Positions 1 to 9,553 of a stretch of 64,000 nucleotides of DNA are shown piece by piece. The notes under the pieces were generated by a model. That model was given only the letters and a program-made list of their open reading frames with translations. It had not been told where the DNA came from and did no database searches. Each line of letters starts with the position of its first letter. Positions within the stretch are counted from its first letter, which is position 1. Where the stretch lies: IMG/VR virus record IMGVR_UViG_3300021475_000005; one strand, 5' to 3'. Made by a program: the position numbers and the translations under genes. Source of the stretch: a virus (Duplodnaviria; Heunggongvirae; Uroviricota; Caudoviricetes).

Positions 1-828
1 CTTTAGAAGCTGAATATTGGCCTGATAAAGACCACCGACGAATGCGCCTAATGTGAAAGACGTGAAAAGCGTCGAGAAGAGCGTACCAGCCTGATAGGTA
101 AGACGAAAACGGCCTGACAGATTTGTCAAACCGTTGCCCATCATAGCAAATGTGCCTGCTGCGCGCTTACCTTTGGGCTCAGATTCCTCCAGAACTCGAT
201 TTAATCCCGCCGCCTGACCGACGACACCGGTGCCTCCTGCACTATTACCACGCCCCATAACGCTTCCTGCATTACGTGGCATGCGGTTAAGAGCGGCTGA
301 AGCACGATTTGCAGCAGAAGCAATCTCGTTTAGATCATTGGCGACTCTGCGAGCGTTCGGAAACTCTTTCGCGTTGCCGATAACAACGAAAAGCTTTTCA
401 AGATTGACGACTTGCTGATTTGTTGGAAATTTTGCTTTGCCGATACCATTGATCATCTCCGCCATGGCAAAGATACCAGAATTTGGCTTGATCAGGCTGA
501 GAGCAACGGCCATTTGACGGATACCGGCAAGCTTCTCAGGAGAAACCGTGCGAGCCCGTCCCATAGCATCTAGTGCAGCCGCCATCTCTTGGATGTGACC
601 GACTGGATTACCGGCGTTCTTGATTTTAGAAAGAAGATTGGCGACAGAAGCGTACTTCTCCATCGCCCGAGCAGCTTTTGTGAGATTGACATCCGCACTG
701 GTTGCGGCTTTTGCAAAAGCCACTTCCATTTTTGAAGCGGAAGCGGTGGCGCGATCAAGAGCCTTCGACAGCGCAAGTATGTCTGCTTGCGCTGCCTTAG
801 AGTCAATTTTAAGTTTTAGGTCTTCCAT
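1..828 (-). CDS. tape measure protein, N-terminal part (runs off the left edge)
   Basis: ATG at 828 gives MEDLKLKIDSKAAQADILALSKALDRATASASKMEVAF..., Ala-rich and helical; lies directly downstream of the tail chaperone pair. Confidence 0.85.
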   Translation of the reverse strand, partial: MEDLKLKIDSKAAQADILALSKALDRATASASKMEVAFAKAATSADVNLTKAARAMEKYASVANLLSKIKNAGNPVGHIQEMAAALDAMGRARTVSPEKLAGIRQMAVALSLIKPNSGIFAMAEMINGIGKAKFPTNQQVVNLEKLFVVIGNAKEFPNARRVANDLNEIASAANRASAALNRMPRNAGSVMGRGNSAGGTGVVGQAAGLNRVLEESEPKGKRAAGTFAMMGNGLTNLSGRFRLTYQAGTLFSTLFTSFTLGAFVGGLYQANIQLLK

Positions 829-834
829 TGCCCA

Positions 835-1673
835 TTAACGACCCCGTCTCCGATTTCGGCTTTTGGGGTTCATCTCATTTGATTGAATTGCGCGCTTGCG
901 CTCTTCGTCTTCACGGACACGATCAATGTGTTCCATGTAGGCGTTATCGAGGCGCTCAACGTAGTAGAGAAAATCCTGAGTCTTTCGATAATCGAAAAGG
1001 TTCAGTCGGGCATACGCAGAGACTTCACTCAATGGGATTCGCAGAGCGCCATTGAATCCGATTGGTCGGGTATTCGATAAACGCCAAAAACCATTCCATG
1101 CCCAGAGAAGGTCATTAAACGGTTCTACTTTCGGTACAGCCTTAAGGGGACGTTCGGGTGCGATCCCCTTCTCAGCATTGACCTTTGCTTTCCATTCTGC
1201 GTTCTTGTCTTTCTTCGGCGCACTCAGAATGGATGTAAGCGCCTCTATTAGTTTTTTGAGCCGTCCTCGCGAACTTCCTCACGGAAGTTATCCGCATCGG
1301 TTGCAACACCAGCGACCCAGTTTGCCAGTTTCGGCAACTTCTTGATCAAAGCATAGGCAGCCTCTGACGAGTAAGGAACATCGACCTGATCGCCGATCTT
1401 CACACCACGCCAATCAGCGATGACGCCGCCAGCGATGACACGGAGGCTTAATTCCTCATTCTTCTCTTCCGGAATCTTGAGGCCTGCACGAACAAGTTGC
1501 GCATACGGCTTCGCAAGCTTTTCACGAAGGTCGATAACGGCTTTTGCATTCAGAGCCCGGATTTTAAATCCGGTCTTGTCGTTGAGTTGTACCCAACGGC
1601 CATCTTCTTCGGATTCGCGGTTGGTGCTGAAAATTTCAAAAAGGTCGAGAACGTCGTTTGCTTCAGTAGTCAT
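835..1673 (-). CDS. tail assembly chaperone pair (G 1248..1673; G-T fusion to 835 by -1 frameshift)
   Basis: Lies between tail tube and tape measure; slippery A-AAA-AAC just before the stop at 1248-1250; the -1 frame is open through the 835..1032 ORF. Confidence 0.85.
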
Positions 1674-1954
1674 GATACTCTTTCGGGTAAACACTCCTAT
1701 CGGGATTCATGGCGGGCGGAGTGAAACTCCCGGTCATGATAAATTTTGAATGGATTTGTGAGGAGTGAGAGGTCGCCGCTCCCGAAAACCGCGACCTCTC
1801 TGCTTCCGGAAGCATTTTGGGTTAGCCAAAATGTCGGGACAATAATTCCAATCTCGAAAGATTGGGTAGGTCGCCGATAAATCGACGACGGGGATTATAT
1901 CCAAACTGCGAAATGTGCCCTGTGTAGGCACACTTTGCAGATGGAATGTGACTC

Positions 1955-3838
1955 TTATCCGATAACCGGATAGACGGAGGAGAAACGGTCGATCTGAATG
2001 GTGCACTGCGTGACGGGGTCGCGCTTTGCGGTCCACTGCATATTTTCCATAACGTCTTGATCGCCACCAGCCGGATTGACAGTATCCGTCGAAAACACAA
2101 CGGCAGGGAGCGTGAACTCATAGTGGTTCTTGTAAACGTCCTGCACGAAGAAGTTCAAGCTGACAGTGTCGTGATTGATGAAGTTGTCCCACAGATCGCC
2201 ATCGGAGAAGTAGCCGTCAACGGAACCGGTGAATTCGATACGGCCTGCACCGATACCGACCGCGAACTTGCTTCCGACTGCCATCTGATCACGAAGGTTG
2301 TTCGTGCCTTGGAAGGCAATCGTCTTGAGTGCAGTGGAGAGTGCAGTTCCATTCTTGTAGATGGTTCCAACGTTCGTGGTCGCATTAGCGACTGGAGTCG
2401 TTGTCGTTCCAAGAGTGGTGTAACTGCCGGAATTTCCGAGTGTGGTAACGGTCTCACGAGACATGCCCTGTCCCTGAAGACCGAAGCCGCCCGTCAAGAT
2501 TGCACCAGCGGAGATATTGTACTGCATGGTGCCGATACGCTGACCGTTGGCAACGAAGTATTCGCCGACATCCTCAAAAGCAGTCTCGAATGAGAAAGAG
2601 TGAGGAACAATGTTGGCAGAATTTCCCGGGTTACGAAGCATCGAGCCTTTGATAGTAACCGGAAGGCTGCCGCTGTTTGCATTGGTTGGCGGAGCCGGGC
2701 TGACCGTGATTACGTCATCGACAACTGCGGTGATCGTATAGAAGCCATGTTCCGCTGCATTACCACCTGCATAGTTGACGACCGTCAACGCAGAGTTGGT
2801 ATCGCCAGCTTTTGAAATCGCACCGCCCGGTGCGTTAAGGCTGCGGATTGTAACAACGTTCGAAGCAACTTTTGCGACGACGTTTAACACTCCTTCACCC
2901 AAAGTGTTCGCAATTGCTGCCGGACGAAGTGCATTCAAAGCTGCTGCGATGTTTCCAGCAGTGATAGTATCATCGGTCGCAGATGCAACCACCATGATAT
3001 TTCCTGCAATCGGAGAACCACCGAACTGAAGTGTAGCAGTATTGATGCCGTCCGTAACAGTCAAAGTTGCGCCTGCCGCAACAAGTGCCGGAGTCGTGGG
3101 ATCAAGAACCGTTACAGTTCCAGATTCATAGCCGAGGCCGTCCACATAAATTTTCTGTCCCGGGACCAACTGTCCTGCTGACACTGCGGCAGTAAACGCG
3201 TTTCCGCCATTTGAGTCGAAGGTGCTGGCACCAGTCGTGCCCGAACGGATAGCAGTGCTTTTGAGGATGATTACGTCGTTTGCGTCTTCGACCGTCGTAT
3301 AGATCGTGCCGCCTTCAATAACTGAAACAGTCGTTGCGACGGTGATGTCGGTACGGGCTGCACCAGAGTTATAGACGCTGCTGACAATTTGAAAATAGTC
3401 ATTGTTGGTGGGATTCACAAATCCACTGACACGGATACGATGCCCTGCAACAAAATACAGGGACATATCAACGCCATTGATGGAAATGATATTGTTAGCG
3501 GTCCAGTTAACCGGAAGTCCGGCAGCGCCATCGAAAGTCATGGGGCGCGTCCACGCGCCATACATGAAACCTTCCATGAAGTCGTCGTGAGAACCAGCCG
3601 AGAATTCGACGTTGATTTCACCTTTTGCCGATGCGCCGGTCTCGATGATATCCGGGACCATGCGGTCAGACCGAATTTCAGTGGAGATCGCCGTGGTCTT
3701 CTCGGCGTTCAGGGTGGAACCGGTATAACGGAGTTCACGAGTGATTCCGGAGCCGGGCGTTACAGCCCATGCAGTATCCGATTCCTTGATGTAGCGCATG
3801 CGAGCGCGATTGGAGTCGGCGAAAATACGCACTGTCAT
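1955..3838 (-). CDS. major tail tube protein (627 aa, with internal inserted domain)
   Basis: STEIRSDRM/GEINVEFS N-terminus and EFTGSVDGYF/YEFTLPAV C-terminus typical of siphophage tail tube proteins; position in tail module. Confidence 0.85.
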   Translation of the reverse strand: MTVRIFADSNRARMRYIKESDTAWAVTPGSGITRELRYTGSTLNAEKTTAISTEIRSDRMVPDIIETGASAKGEINVEFSAGSHDDFMEGFMYGAWTRPMTFDGAAGLPVNWTANNIISINGVDMSLYFVAGHRIRVSGFVNPTNNDYFQIVSSVYNSGAARTDITVATTVSVIEGGTIYTTVEDANDVIILKSTAIRSGTTGASTFDSNGGNAFTAAVSAGQLVPGQKIYVDGLGYESGTVTVLDPTTPALVAAGATLTVTDGINTATLQFGGSPIAGNIMVVASATDDTITAGNIAAALNALRPAAIANTLGEGVLNVVAKVASNVVTIRSLNAPGGAISKAGDTNSALTVVNYAGGNAAEHGFYTITAVVDDVITVSPAPPTNANSGSLPVTIKGSMLRNPGNSANIVPHSFSFETAFEDVGEYFVANGQRIGTMQYNISAGAILTGGFGLQGQGMSRETVTTLGNSGSYTTLGTTTTPVANATTNVGTIYKNGTALSTALKTIAFQGTNNLRDQMAVGSKFAVGIGAGRIEFTGSVDGYFSDGDLWDNFINHDTVSLNFFVQDVYKNHYEFTLPAVVFSTDTVNPAGGDQDVMENMQWTAKRDPVTQCTIQIDRFSSVYPVIG

Positions 3839-4085
3839 TGGTTATCACCAATCCTTAAATCTGAGACGGGAATGCGATTGCGAAACGCCCCGGTTCGCAC
3901 GCGATGGACGGACCCTACCTCAGCGGATAGAACATGTCAAGAAAATCGACCAGTATGGTCCAGTTTCCCGACTCGTGTCAAGAGGAGGTCAGTTTACCCT
4001 CCATTAACCAATTGTGAGGGAGGGTATTGTCAACCGCCTCAAGCCAGCGTATATGTGAGGCGCAATCGACTATAGGAGGTGTCCC

Positions 4086-4520
4086 ATGAGGAACCTTGGA
4101 ATTTGTGCTCTTCTGATCGCCGTGCTAGCAATCCTGACGTTCGCTCCAGCACATGCCGATGACTTGGCACCCGGTACTTATCCGGGCCAACCGAATTATT
4201 ATGATGCGGTGCCGGGACAAATTTCGGTGCCCCTCACAGCGCGGCTCAAATTGATTCGTTCTCTACGGAACTATATTTCATCTCTCACAGGAACGGACGA
4301 TATCCTCATGGAATCGGCGATCATCTGGAAGCGCGCCAGCGGAGGAGAAGAAGGTCTCGTGGTTTGCGGTAATTCCAGCGTCAATGGGCAAGATAAATAC
4401 TGGGCAGCTTCTGCGGGCGATGACGGTGCTCGGCTGCATTTTATTCAATCGGAGGATGACTTCGAAGCCTCGGGTTGCAAAACGCCCAATGGAACCGTTC
4501 TTTTCGATCTCGACAGTTAG
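4086..4520 (+). CDS. exported protein with signal peptide, inserted against the tail operon
   Basis: AGGAGG RBS; hydrophobic N-terminus ending in A-H-A; two Cys in the mature part. Confidence 0.7.
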   Translation: MRNLGICALLIAVLAILTFAPAHADDLAPGTYPGQPNYYDAVPGQISVPLTARLKLIRSLRNYISSLTGTDDILMESAIIWKRASGGEEGLVVCGNSSVNGQDKYWAASAGDDGARLHFIQSEDDFEASGCKTPNGTVLFDLDS

Positions 4521-4957
4521 GTAGGGGCGGCGGCTGGATTGTTGTAGTAGAAGTCGAAATGGCAATCCACCACCACCACTTTCTTCCCGTTCTTGATCCC
4601 CAACTGCTTGACCGAAGCTGATTGAAGATTCACATAACCATCCGGTGGGACGATCCATTGCTGGCGGTTGAGATAGTGCTTCAAAGCACCTGCGAGCTTC
4701 AGGGACGGCCCGTCGCCATCCTTTTCAGGCGCGAAGATCGTGAACTGCGCAATTCCCGGCGAACATTCTTGCCCAGTCATTGAGCCAAGTTCGAGTTGCT
4801 CGGCATCGGCTGTCCGGAACCAGAATTCCCCGTACAATGTACCATCGGTCGGCGGAACAAAAGGTTCCTCGCCGATCTTGCACAAAAAATTGTTGGTATT
4901 CACGACGGTGATCGCCTTCGTGTATAAAACCTGCCGAAGCATGTCGTGTTCTAGCAT
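4517..4957 (-). CDS. tail terminator-like protein
   Basis: 146 aa immediately upstream of the tail tube; GIAQFTIFAPEKDG motif. Confidence 0.65.
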   Translation of the reverse strand: MLEHDMLRQVLYTKAITVVNTNNFLCKIGEEPFVPPTDGTLYGEFWFRTADAEQLELGSMTGQECSPGIAQFTIFAPEKDGDGPSLKLAGALKHYLNRQQWIVPPDGYVNLQSASVKQLGIKNGKKVVVVDCHFDFYYNNPAAAPT

Positions 4958-4968
4958 AACCGAATCCT

Positions 4969-5466
4969 TTAAGCCGTTAGACGGCCCATGACTTGACGAA
5001 TTGCGAGCCGCACAATGCCATTCGCGCTACGAGACCGATCCTTGGTGGGTACAAGCCCATACTCGGCGTCCACAGCGATATCAGAGGCATTGGTGAGGAA
5101 AATATCCACCGGTTCCTTAGCAGACAGTGCGCCGGAAAGAGATTGCTTGGGGCGCACGCTATTTGCCTTGCGACGAGGCTCTTGTCCAAGCGGCATTCCG
5201 CCCGGATTGGCGAGGCTCTTACCGGTATGTCCGGGATCGAGAGGCGATTCGACGGGATCGATATGCCCATAGATTGGTGCTTTTGTAGACCAACGCCAGT
5301 TGACGATGAGTTCACCCTCCCAGACCGGCGTCAAGGCAAGGATGGCGTCATTCAACGCAATCAGAATTTCGTCTTCTTGACGGATCGCGGCTGCGGTGAC
5401 GCCTTTGAAGTAATTCTTGAAGACCGCACCTAAATTTCCATCCGCATGGTATGAGAAACGTGCCAT
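4969..5466 (-). CDS. neck/tail completion protein (HK97 gp10-like)
   Basis: TPVWEGELIVNW and AEYG motifs; ATG overlaps upstream TAA. Confidence 0.6.
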   Translation of the reverse strand: MARFSYHADGNLGAVFKNYFKGVTAAAIRQEDEILIALNDAILALTPVWEGELIVNWRWSTKAPIYGHIDPVESPLDPGHTGKSLANPGGMPLGQEPRRKANSVRPKQSLSGALSAKEPVDIFLTNASDIAVDAEYGLVPTKDRSRSANGIVRLAIRQVMGRLTA

Positions 5467-5840
5467 TACCGCGAAGTTCTCACTTGGCAAACGATGACGG
5501 CTGCGGCTGGATCAGAAAGCCGACGTACGATTTCCCATGTACGCCCAGTTTCATCCAGAACAATATCGGCGGACTTTGGTGCTACAGGCAGATCGAGCGC
5601 CGGAATGAGCAGCTTCGAGTCAGTCAGGACTGAAACGTTCGCATCGATCTCGCTTTCCTTAAAACGGGCAAAGACAGCGCGTGGCAGCGTATAGTTGACG
5701 GAGACTGGCACAACAGTTCCAGCTTCGATGTCGCGTGTGACTGCTCCAGTCAGAGACATGTAAGTGACTGTCTGGACAAGATCACCGAGTGTGATGAACG
5801 CCTGAAGAGCGGCAAGTTGAACTGTATTGCGTAAGCCCAT
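5466..5840 (-). CDS. head closure (stopper) protein
   Basis: 124 aa, beta-rich, between adaptor and neck genes. Confidence 0.6.
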   Translation of the reverse strand: MGLRNTVQLAALQAFITLGDLVQTVTYMSLTGAVTRDIEAGTVVPVSVNYTLPRAVFARFKESEIDANVSVLTDSKLLIPALDLPVAPKSADIVLDETGRTWEIVRRLSDPAAAVIVCQVRTSR

Positions 5841-5851
5841 TATTTTTCCAA

Positions 5852-6373
5852 TTAGCTACGGATGATTTTCTTGAAGGCCGGACGAACGCCTTTATTCACG
5901 AGACCGATTGCCGACAGCATGGCAATGATAAAGTCAGGAAGAGCCGGACGAACATAGCTATCATCGTAAACGATCTTGATGACATCGACTTCGATACGAT
6001 TAAGGCCACGCTGGGGCTGCGGAGCCGTCCAGTCTGAGGTCATCAAATATGATGCCCACTCGCATACACCGTCCATCAGGACGGTGGGAATCACATCATC
6101 AGGGATTTGAAAGCCATCGGCATCATAGGCACAGGACCGGGGCCAGCGCAGTCCAGATTCATCATCGACGCGGGTGCCAGCCCATTGCATGATACCGTCT
6201 AATGACTTCGATGCGCGAACCAGCAGCTTTTGCTTCTGATCATCATCCAAGGCAGCCCATGTATCGGCTGCATATGAATTGACCGCGATATAATCGTTCG
6301 CGTAATCCTCGCTTACATACGAGTTTGCGTCGGGGTCTCCGACGCCATTCTCAACAACAAATGTAAAACTCAT
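5852..6373 (-). CDS. head-tail adaptor (DnaT-like phage family)
   Basis: VENGVGDPDANSYVS...LRWPR signature. Confidence 0.8.
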   Translation of the reverse strand: MSFTFVVENGVGDPDANSYVSEDYANDYIAVNSYAADTWAALDDDQKQKLLVRASKSLDGIMQWAGTRVDDESGLRWPRSCAYDADGFQIPDDVIPTVLMDGVCEWASYLMTSDWTAPQPQRGLNRIEVDVIKIVYDDSYVRPALPDFIIAMLSAIGLVNKGVRPAFKKIIRS

Positions 6374-6399
6374 AATTAAGAGTCACTTTCTTGGATCAC

Positions 6400-7200
6400 T
6401 TAGTGACTCTGACTGTGCAGGAAAGTAGGGAGGTGGTCAAGATTCTCGACATCTCCTCTCAGTTCCGCAGCAAAAGCCCGTACCCACGCTGCGGTCAACG
6501 GTGAACGCACGACATCTTTCTCAGTAAATTCGATAAATGTCATACCCACATCATGGCGCTTTCCAATTCCAATAACACGTTCTAGGCCGGAGTTAGGAAT
6601 ATCGATCTGTTCGAGATCGCCGGTAATGACACATTGCGCATCTTCGCCCATGCGCGTTAAGAAAAGACGTAAGTCGCCGAAGTCCGCATTTTGGGCCTCA
6701 TCGAGCAGAACGAAAGTTGGAACGTTTCCAAATGTGCGTCCTCTCATATGCTCAAACGCAGCAATTTCGACCCGACCGTCTTGAAGCCACTGATCGAGGA
6801 GGGCCGATCCTACTTCAGCCTTGATCCCGTCGAAAATCGGAATCAACCAAGGGCGCATTTTGGCGTCGAGTTTACCCGGCAGAAAGCCGAGTTTATGTTG
6901 AGGCTTGGAGGCTGTGACGCGAGACAGGACGATCTTGTCGATGACGCCGTCTGCTAATCTGCGGGCTGCGATCCGGGCTGGAAGAAGTGTCTTACCTGTT
7001 CCAGCCGGACCCACAGCAAAAATGCTCTGACCGGCTCTGAGCGCCGCAAGGTAGAGGCTCTGGTTCTGGCTCCGGGCGGTTAGTGGCCCGGCTGATCCTT
7101 GAGCTTTCTTTTGTTTTTCTTTTCGACGTGCTTTACGTGCTTCTGATTTCGAGATTGGGCGTGGGGTAATCGGATTTTCAAAAACGAGGTCGTCGTTCAC
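6400..7200 (-). CDS. phoH: PhoH-family ATPase
   Basis: GPAGTGKT, LGFLPG, MRGRTF, LDEAQN, GDLEQID motifs. Confidence 0.95.
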   Translation of the reverse strand: MNDDLVFENPITPRPISKSEARKARRKEKQKKAQGSAGPLTARSQNQSLYLAALRAGQSIFAVGPAGTGKTLLPARIAARRLADGVIDKIVLSRVTASKPQHKLGFLPGKLDAKMRPWLIPIFDGIKAEVGSALLDQWLQDGRVEIAAFEHMRGRTFGNVPTFVLLDEAQNADFGDLRLFLTRMGEDAQCVITGDLEQIDIPNSGLERVIGIGKRHDVGMTFIEFTEKDVVRSPLTAAWVRAFAAELRGDVENLDHLPTFLHSQSH

Positions 7201-7523
7201 TTAGTTCCCCGAAGGTCTCTGGTTATGAGGGCTCCTGAAGAATCTGATTTACCCTCTTGAGACCTGCGTTGAGATTAGAGAGGGATTTGGTCAGTGCCAC
7301 CACGCTGGTAGCATTCAGTGCACCCGAAAGTAATGTCATGAAATCATCTGCCTCGATTTGCAGAGATGTTTGGATTTCCTCAAGAACTGTTTCGTTTGAA
7401 AGCGTTTCTTTTAGTGCAGCGTTTTGAACCACAACTAGCCCTTTCTCTTCTCTGCCCCGAGAAAGAACTTTTCATGTCCGACGACTGCGAGCAAGAGGCT
7501 TTGCCTCCGCGCACAAAATAAAT

Positions 7524-7868
7524 TTAACGATGTGGCTTATCCTGTTTGGTATCGAGAAGATCGCGAATCTGACGAAGGAGATCAGTCTCATTCTTCATCC
7601 AGTCGCGGAGATCGGATGTCTGCGCTTCGAGCGTGCTGACGCGGGGTGCCAACTTCGCATCTGTTAGTTCATCCACACGGGCACTCAGGACAGCGTAACG
7701 TGATTCGTTCTGACCGTATAGACCGGCGGTGCCGAGCAAGAACGAAATCACAATCGCCACATGTCCGAGATTCAAAGACCAATCAAAAGTTGGTCCTCTA
7801 TGTTTGTGATGGTGCGAAGACGTATCCGCAGCATCAATTTCGTCGTCGAAGTTGACCAATGTCTTCAC
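7524..7868 (-). CDS. single-TM coiled-coil membrane protein
   Basis: One hydrophobic segment followed by a heptad-like region. Confidence 0.55.
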   Translation of the reverse strand: MKTLVNFDDEIDAADTSSHHHKHRGPTFDWSLNLGHVAIVISFLLGTAGLYGQNESRYAVLSARVDELTDAKLAPRVSTLEAQTSDLRDWMKNETDLLRQIRDLLDTKQDKPHR

Positions 7869-8044
7869 TCGCGCGGGGATGAATCAATCTGGTCGGGTCC
7901 AGAGTTCGACACATACTTATGCCCCCGGCGCAAGTATTGTTTCGTTCGCGCAAGTTACTTTAGAGAGGGAATGAAGTCAAGAATTCCCCATTGATACAGT
8001 AAGTTGCATGGTTAATAGGAGGATTGGAACTGTGTGTCAAGGGC

Positions 8045-8083
8045 AAAATAAAAGCCCCATGGGGAGGAAACCCACGGGGCTTT
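8045..8083 (-). terminator. intrinsic terminator downstream of tRNA operon 1
   Basis: AAAGCCCCGUGG...CCAUGGGGCUUUUAUUUU. Confidence 0.8.
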
Positions 8084-8226
8084 CGTTAACAGCGTACAGA
8101 TGAGCCCAAGCACGGGCTGCTTCGATCAGGAGAAAAAGGCCGCGCTGGGATTGCGGCTCAACACGGCCTTCTCCCGTACTAGTCGAAGGACGATCAGGAT
8201 AAGCAATCTTTCTGTGGGGTGTCAAG

Positions 8227-8304
8227 TGGACTCGCTACCGAGGCTCGAACTCGGATCGTGAAGACTTCGGAGGTCAACGTTCTATCCATTTGAACTATAG
8301 CGAG
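8227..8304 (-). tRNA. tRNA-Arg(CCG)
   Basis: Cloverleaf; loop CUCCGAA; encoded CCA. Confidence 0.85.
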
Positions 8305-8308
8305 AAGG

Positions 8309-8383
8309 TGGCAGTCCCAGACGGATTCGAACCGCCGACCATTCGTTTAGAAGACGAAGGCTCTTCCGCTGAGCTATGGGACT
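8309..8383 (-). tRNA. tRNA-Arg(UCU)
   Basis: Canonical cloverleaf; loop CUUCUAA; CCA. Confidence 0.95.
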
Positions 8384-8395
8384 ATGCACATTAAG

Positions 8396-8484
8396 TGGCA
8401 CTGACGGCGAGATTCGAACTCGCAATGTGGTTTCCCACTCCAGATTCGTAGTCTGGTGCCTTGATCCAGTTAGACTACGTCAGT
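8396..8484 (-). tRNA. tRNA-Arg(ACG) with long variable arm
   Basis: Loop CUACGAA; extra arm GUGG-GAAA-CCAC; CCA. Confidence 0.9.
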
Positions 8485-8521
8485 GTATTATGTATACGGA
8501 TAATCCGTACACTGATTAAAA

Positions 8522-8598
8522 TGGCTCCTGTTGCAAGGCTCGAACTTGCCGCGATCTGATTAACAGTCAGATGTCCACACCCGGTGCACTTAACAGGA
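8522..8598 (-). tRNA. tRNA-Asn(GUU)
   Basis: Loop CUGUUAA; CCA. Confidence 0.9.
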
Positions 8599-8629
8599 AT
8601 AGTGAGATGACATATCTCACAGATTGATT

Positions 8630-8704
8630 TGGATCAAGGAGTAGGATTCGAACCCACGTTGCCGACGTTCAATGCGTCGTGTCCTACCGCTAGACGATCC
8701 TTGA
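8630..8704 (-). tRNA. tRNA-Gln(UUG), A33 variant
   Basis: Loop CAUUGAA; U1-A72; CCA. Confidence 0.85.
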
Positions 8705-8709
8705 AAATT

Positions 8710-8785
8710 TGGCTCACCCTCTTCGATTCGAACGAAGAGCCTCCAGATTCAGAGTCTGTTGCGCTACCAGTTGCGCCAAGGGTGA
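8710..8785 (-). tRNA. tRNA-Gln(CUG)
   Basis: Loop CUCUGAA; CCA. Confidence 0.92.
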
Positions 8786-8786
8786 A

Positions 8787-8861
8787 TGGTAGTTCCTCGG
8801 AGAATCGAACTCCGCTAAATCTCCGTGTAAAGGAGGCGACCAGCCACTGGCCCAAGGAACT
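8787..8861 (-). tRNA. tRNA-Val(UAC)
   Basis: Loop UUUACAC; CCA. Confidence 0.88.
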
Positions 8862-8895
8862 AAACTTTTTTACTCCTTTCGAGTAAACGTTGATT

Positions 8896-8970
8896 TGGTT
8901 GTCCCTGATGGAGTTGAACCATCTACCTAACGGTTATCAGCCGTTTGCTCTACCGATGAGCTAAGAGACA
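8896..8970 (-). tRNA. tRNA-Ile(GAU)
   Basis: Loop CUGAUAA; CCA. Confidence 0.93.
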
Positions 8971-8975
8971 TCATT

Positions 8976-9050
8976 TGGTTGGCCTACCGAGAATCGAACT
9001 CGGGCATAAACGCTCATCAGGCGCTTGCTGTACCACTTAGCTATAGGCCG
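8976..9050 (-). tRNA. tRNA-Ile(GAU), G37 variant
   Basis: Loop CUGAUGA; CCA. Confidence 0.85.
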
Positions 9051-9055
9051 AAATT

Positions 9056-9130
9056 TGGTATCTCTTACTGGAATCGAACCAGTTCATCACGGCATGTCAT
9101 ACCGGTGCTCTCCCACTGAGCTAAAGAGAT
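9056..9130 (-). tRNA. tRNA-Val(GAC)
   Basis: Loop AUGACAU; CCA. Confidence 0.88.
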
Positions 9131-9131
9131 A

Positions 9132-9206
9132 TGGTCGATCTGGATGGTCTCGCACCACCGACACGAAGATTTTCAGTCTCCTGCTCTACTCCTGAGCTAC
9201 AGATCG
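9132..9206 (-). tRNA. tRNA-Phe(GAA)
   Basis: Loop CUGAAAA; CCA. Confidence 0.9.
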
Positions 9207-9299
9207 ATATTCGTTACTTCTCATCTCCATAATTCGCCGTTTCTGGCGAGTTAACGTCTGTTTCGTTTGTAACTCGTCGTCTTTGACGAGTTCTGCTTT

Positions 9300-9385
9300 T
9301 GGTGGGAGTGGAAGGAATTGCACCTACTCACCCGTGGGGACTGATTTTACAGACCAGCGCCGCTCTCTAACTCGACCGCACTCCC
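9300..9385 (-). tRNA. tRNA-Tyr(GUA)
   Basis: Loop CUGUAAA; variable arm; CCA. Confidence 0.9.
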
Positions 9386-9398
9386 ATGGTCCAAATGC

Positions 9399-9434
9399 AA
9401 AAAGGCCCGCTCGGTGTTTACCGGGCGGGCCTTT
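9399..9434 (-). terminator. attenuator terminator (3:4 hairpin) in front of tRNA operon 1
   Basis: AAAGGCCCGCCCGGU-AAAC-ACCGAGCGGGCCUUUUU, ending 13 nt before tRNA-Tyr. Confidence 0.9.
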
Positions 9435-9457
9435 CGGAACCTTGAGAGCGACTGGGT

Positions 9458-9547
9458 TTACCAGATATCCTGCTCACGCGCCGAAGACCCGCCCGGAATA
9501 TACCGGACGAAGTTGACTTGCTGCACGCGGTTGAATCTCTTGCTCAT
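9458..9547 (-). CDS. leader peptide 1, MSKRFNRVQQVNFVRYIPGGSSAREQDIW (29 aa)
   Basis: ATG 6 nt after the -10 element (leaderless); codons 4-17 all read by downstream tRNAs; codons 18-23 form the antiterminator strand. Confidence 0.85.
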   Translation of the reverse strand: MSKRFNRVQQVNFVRYIPGGSSAREQDIW

Positions 9548-9553
9548 GATGTT

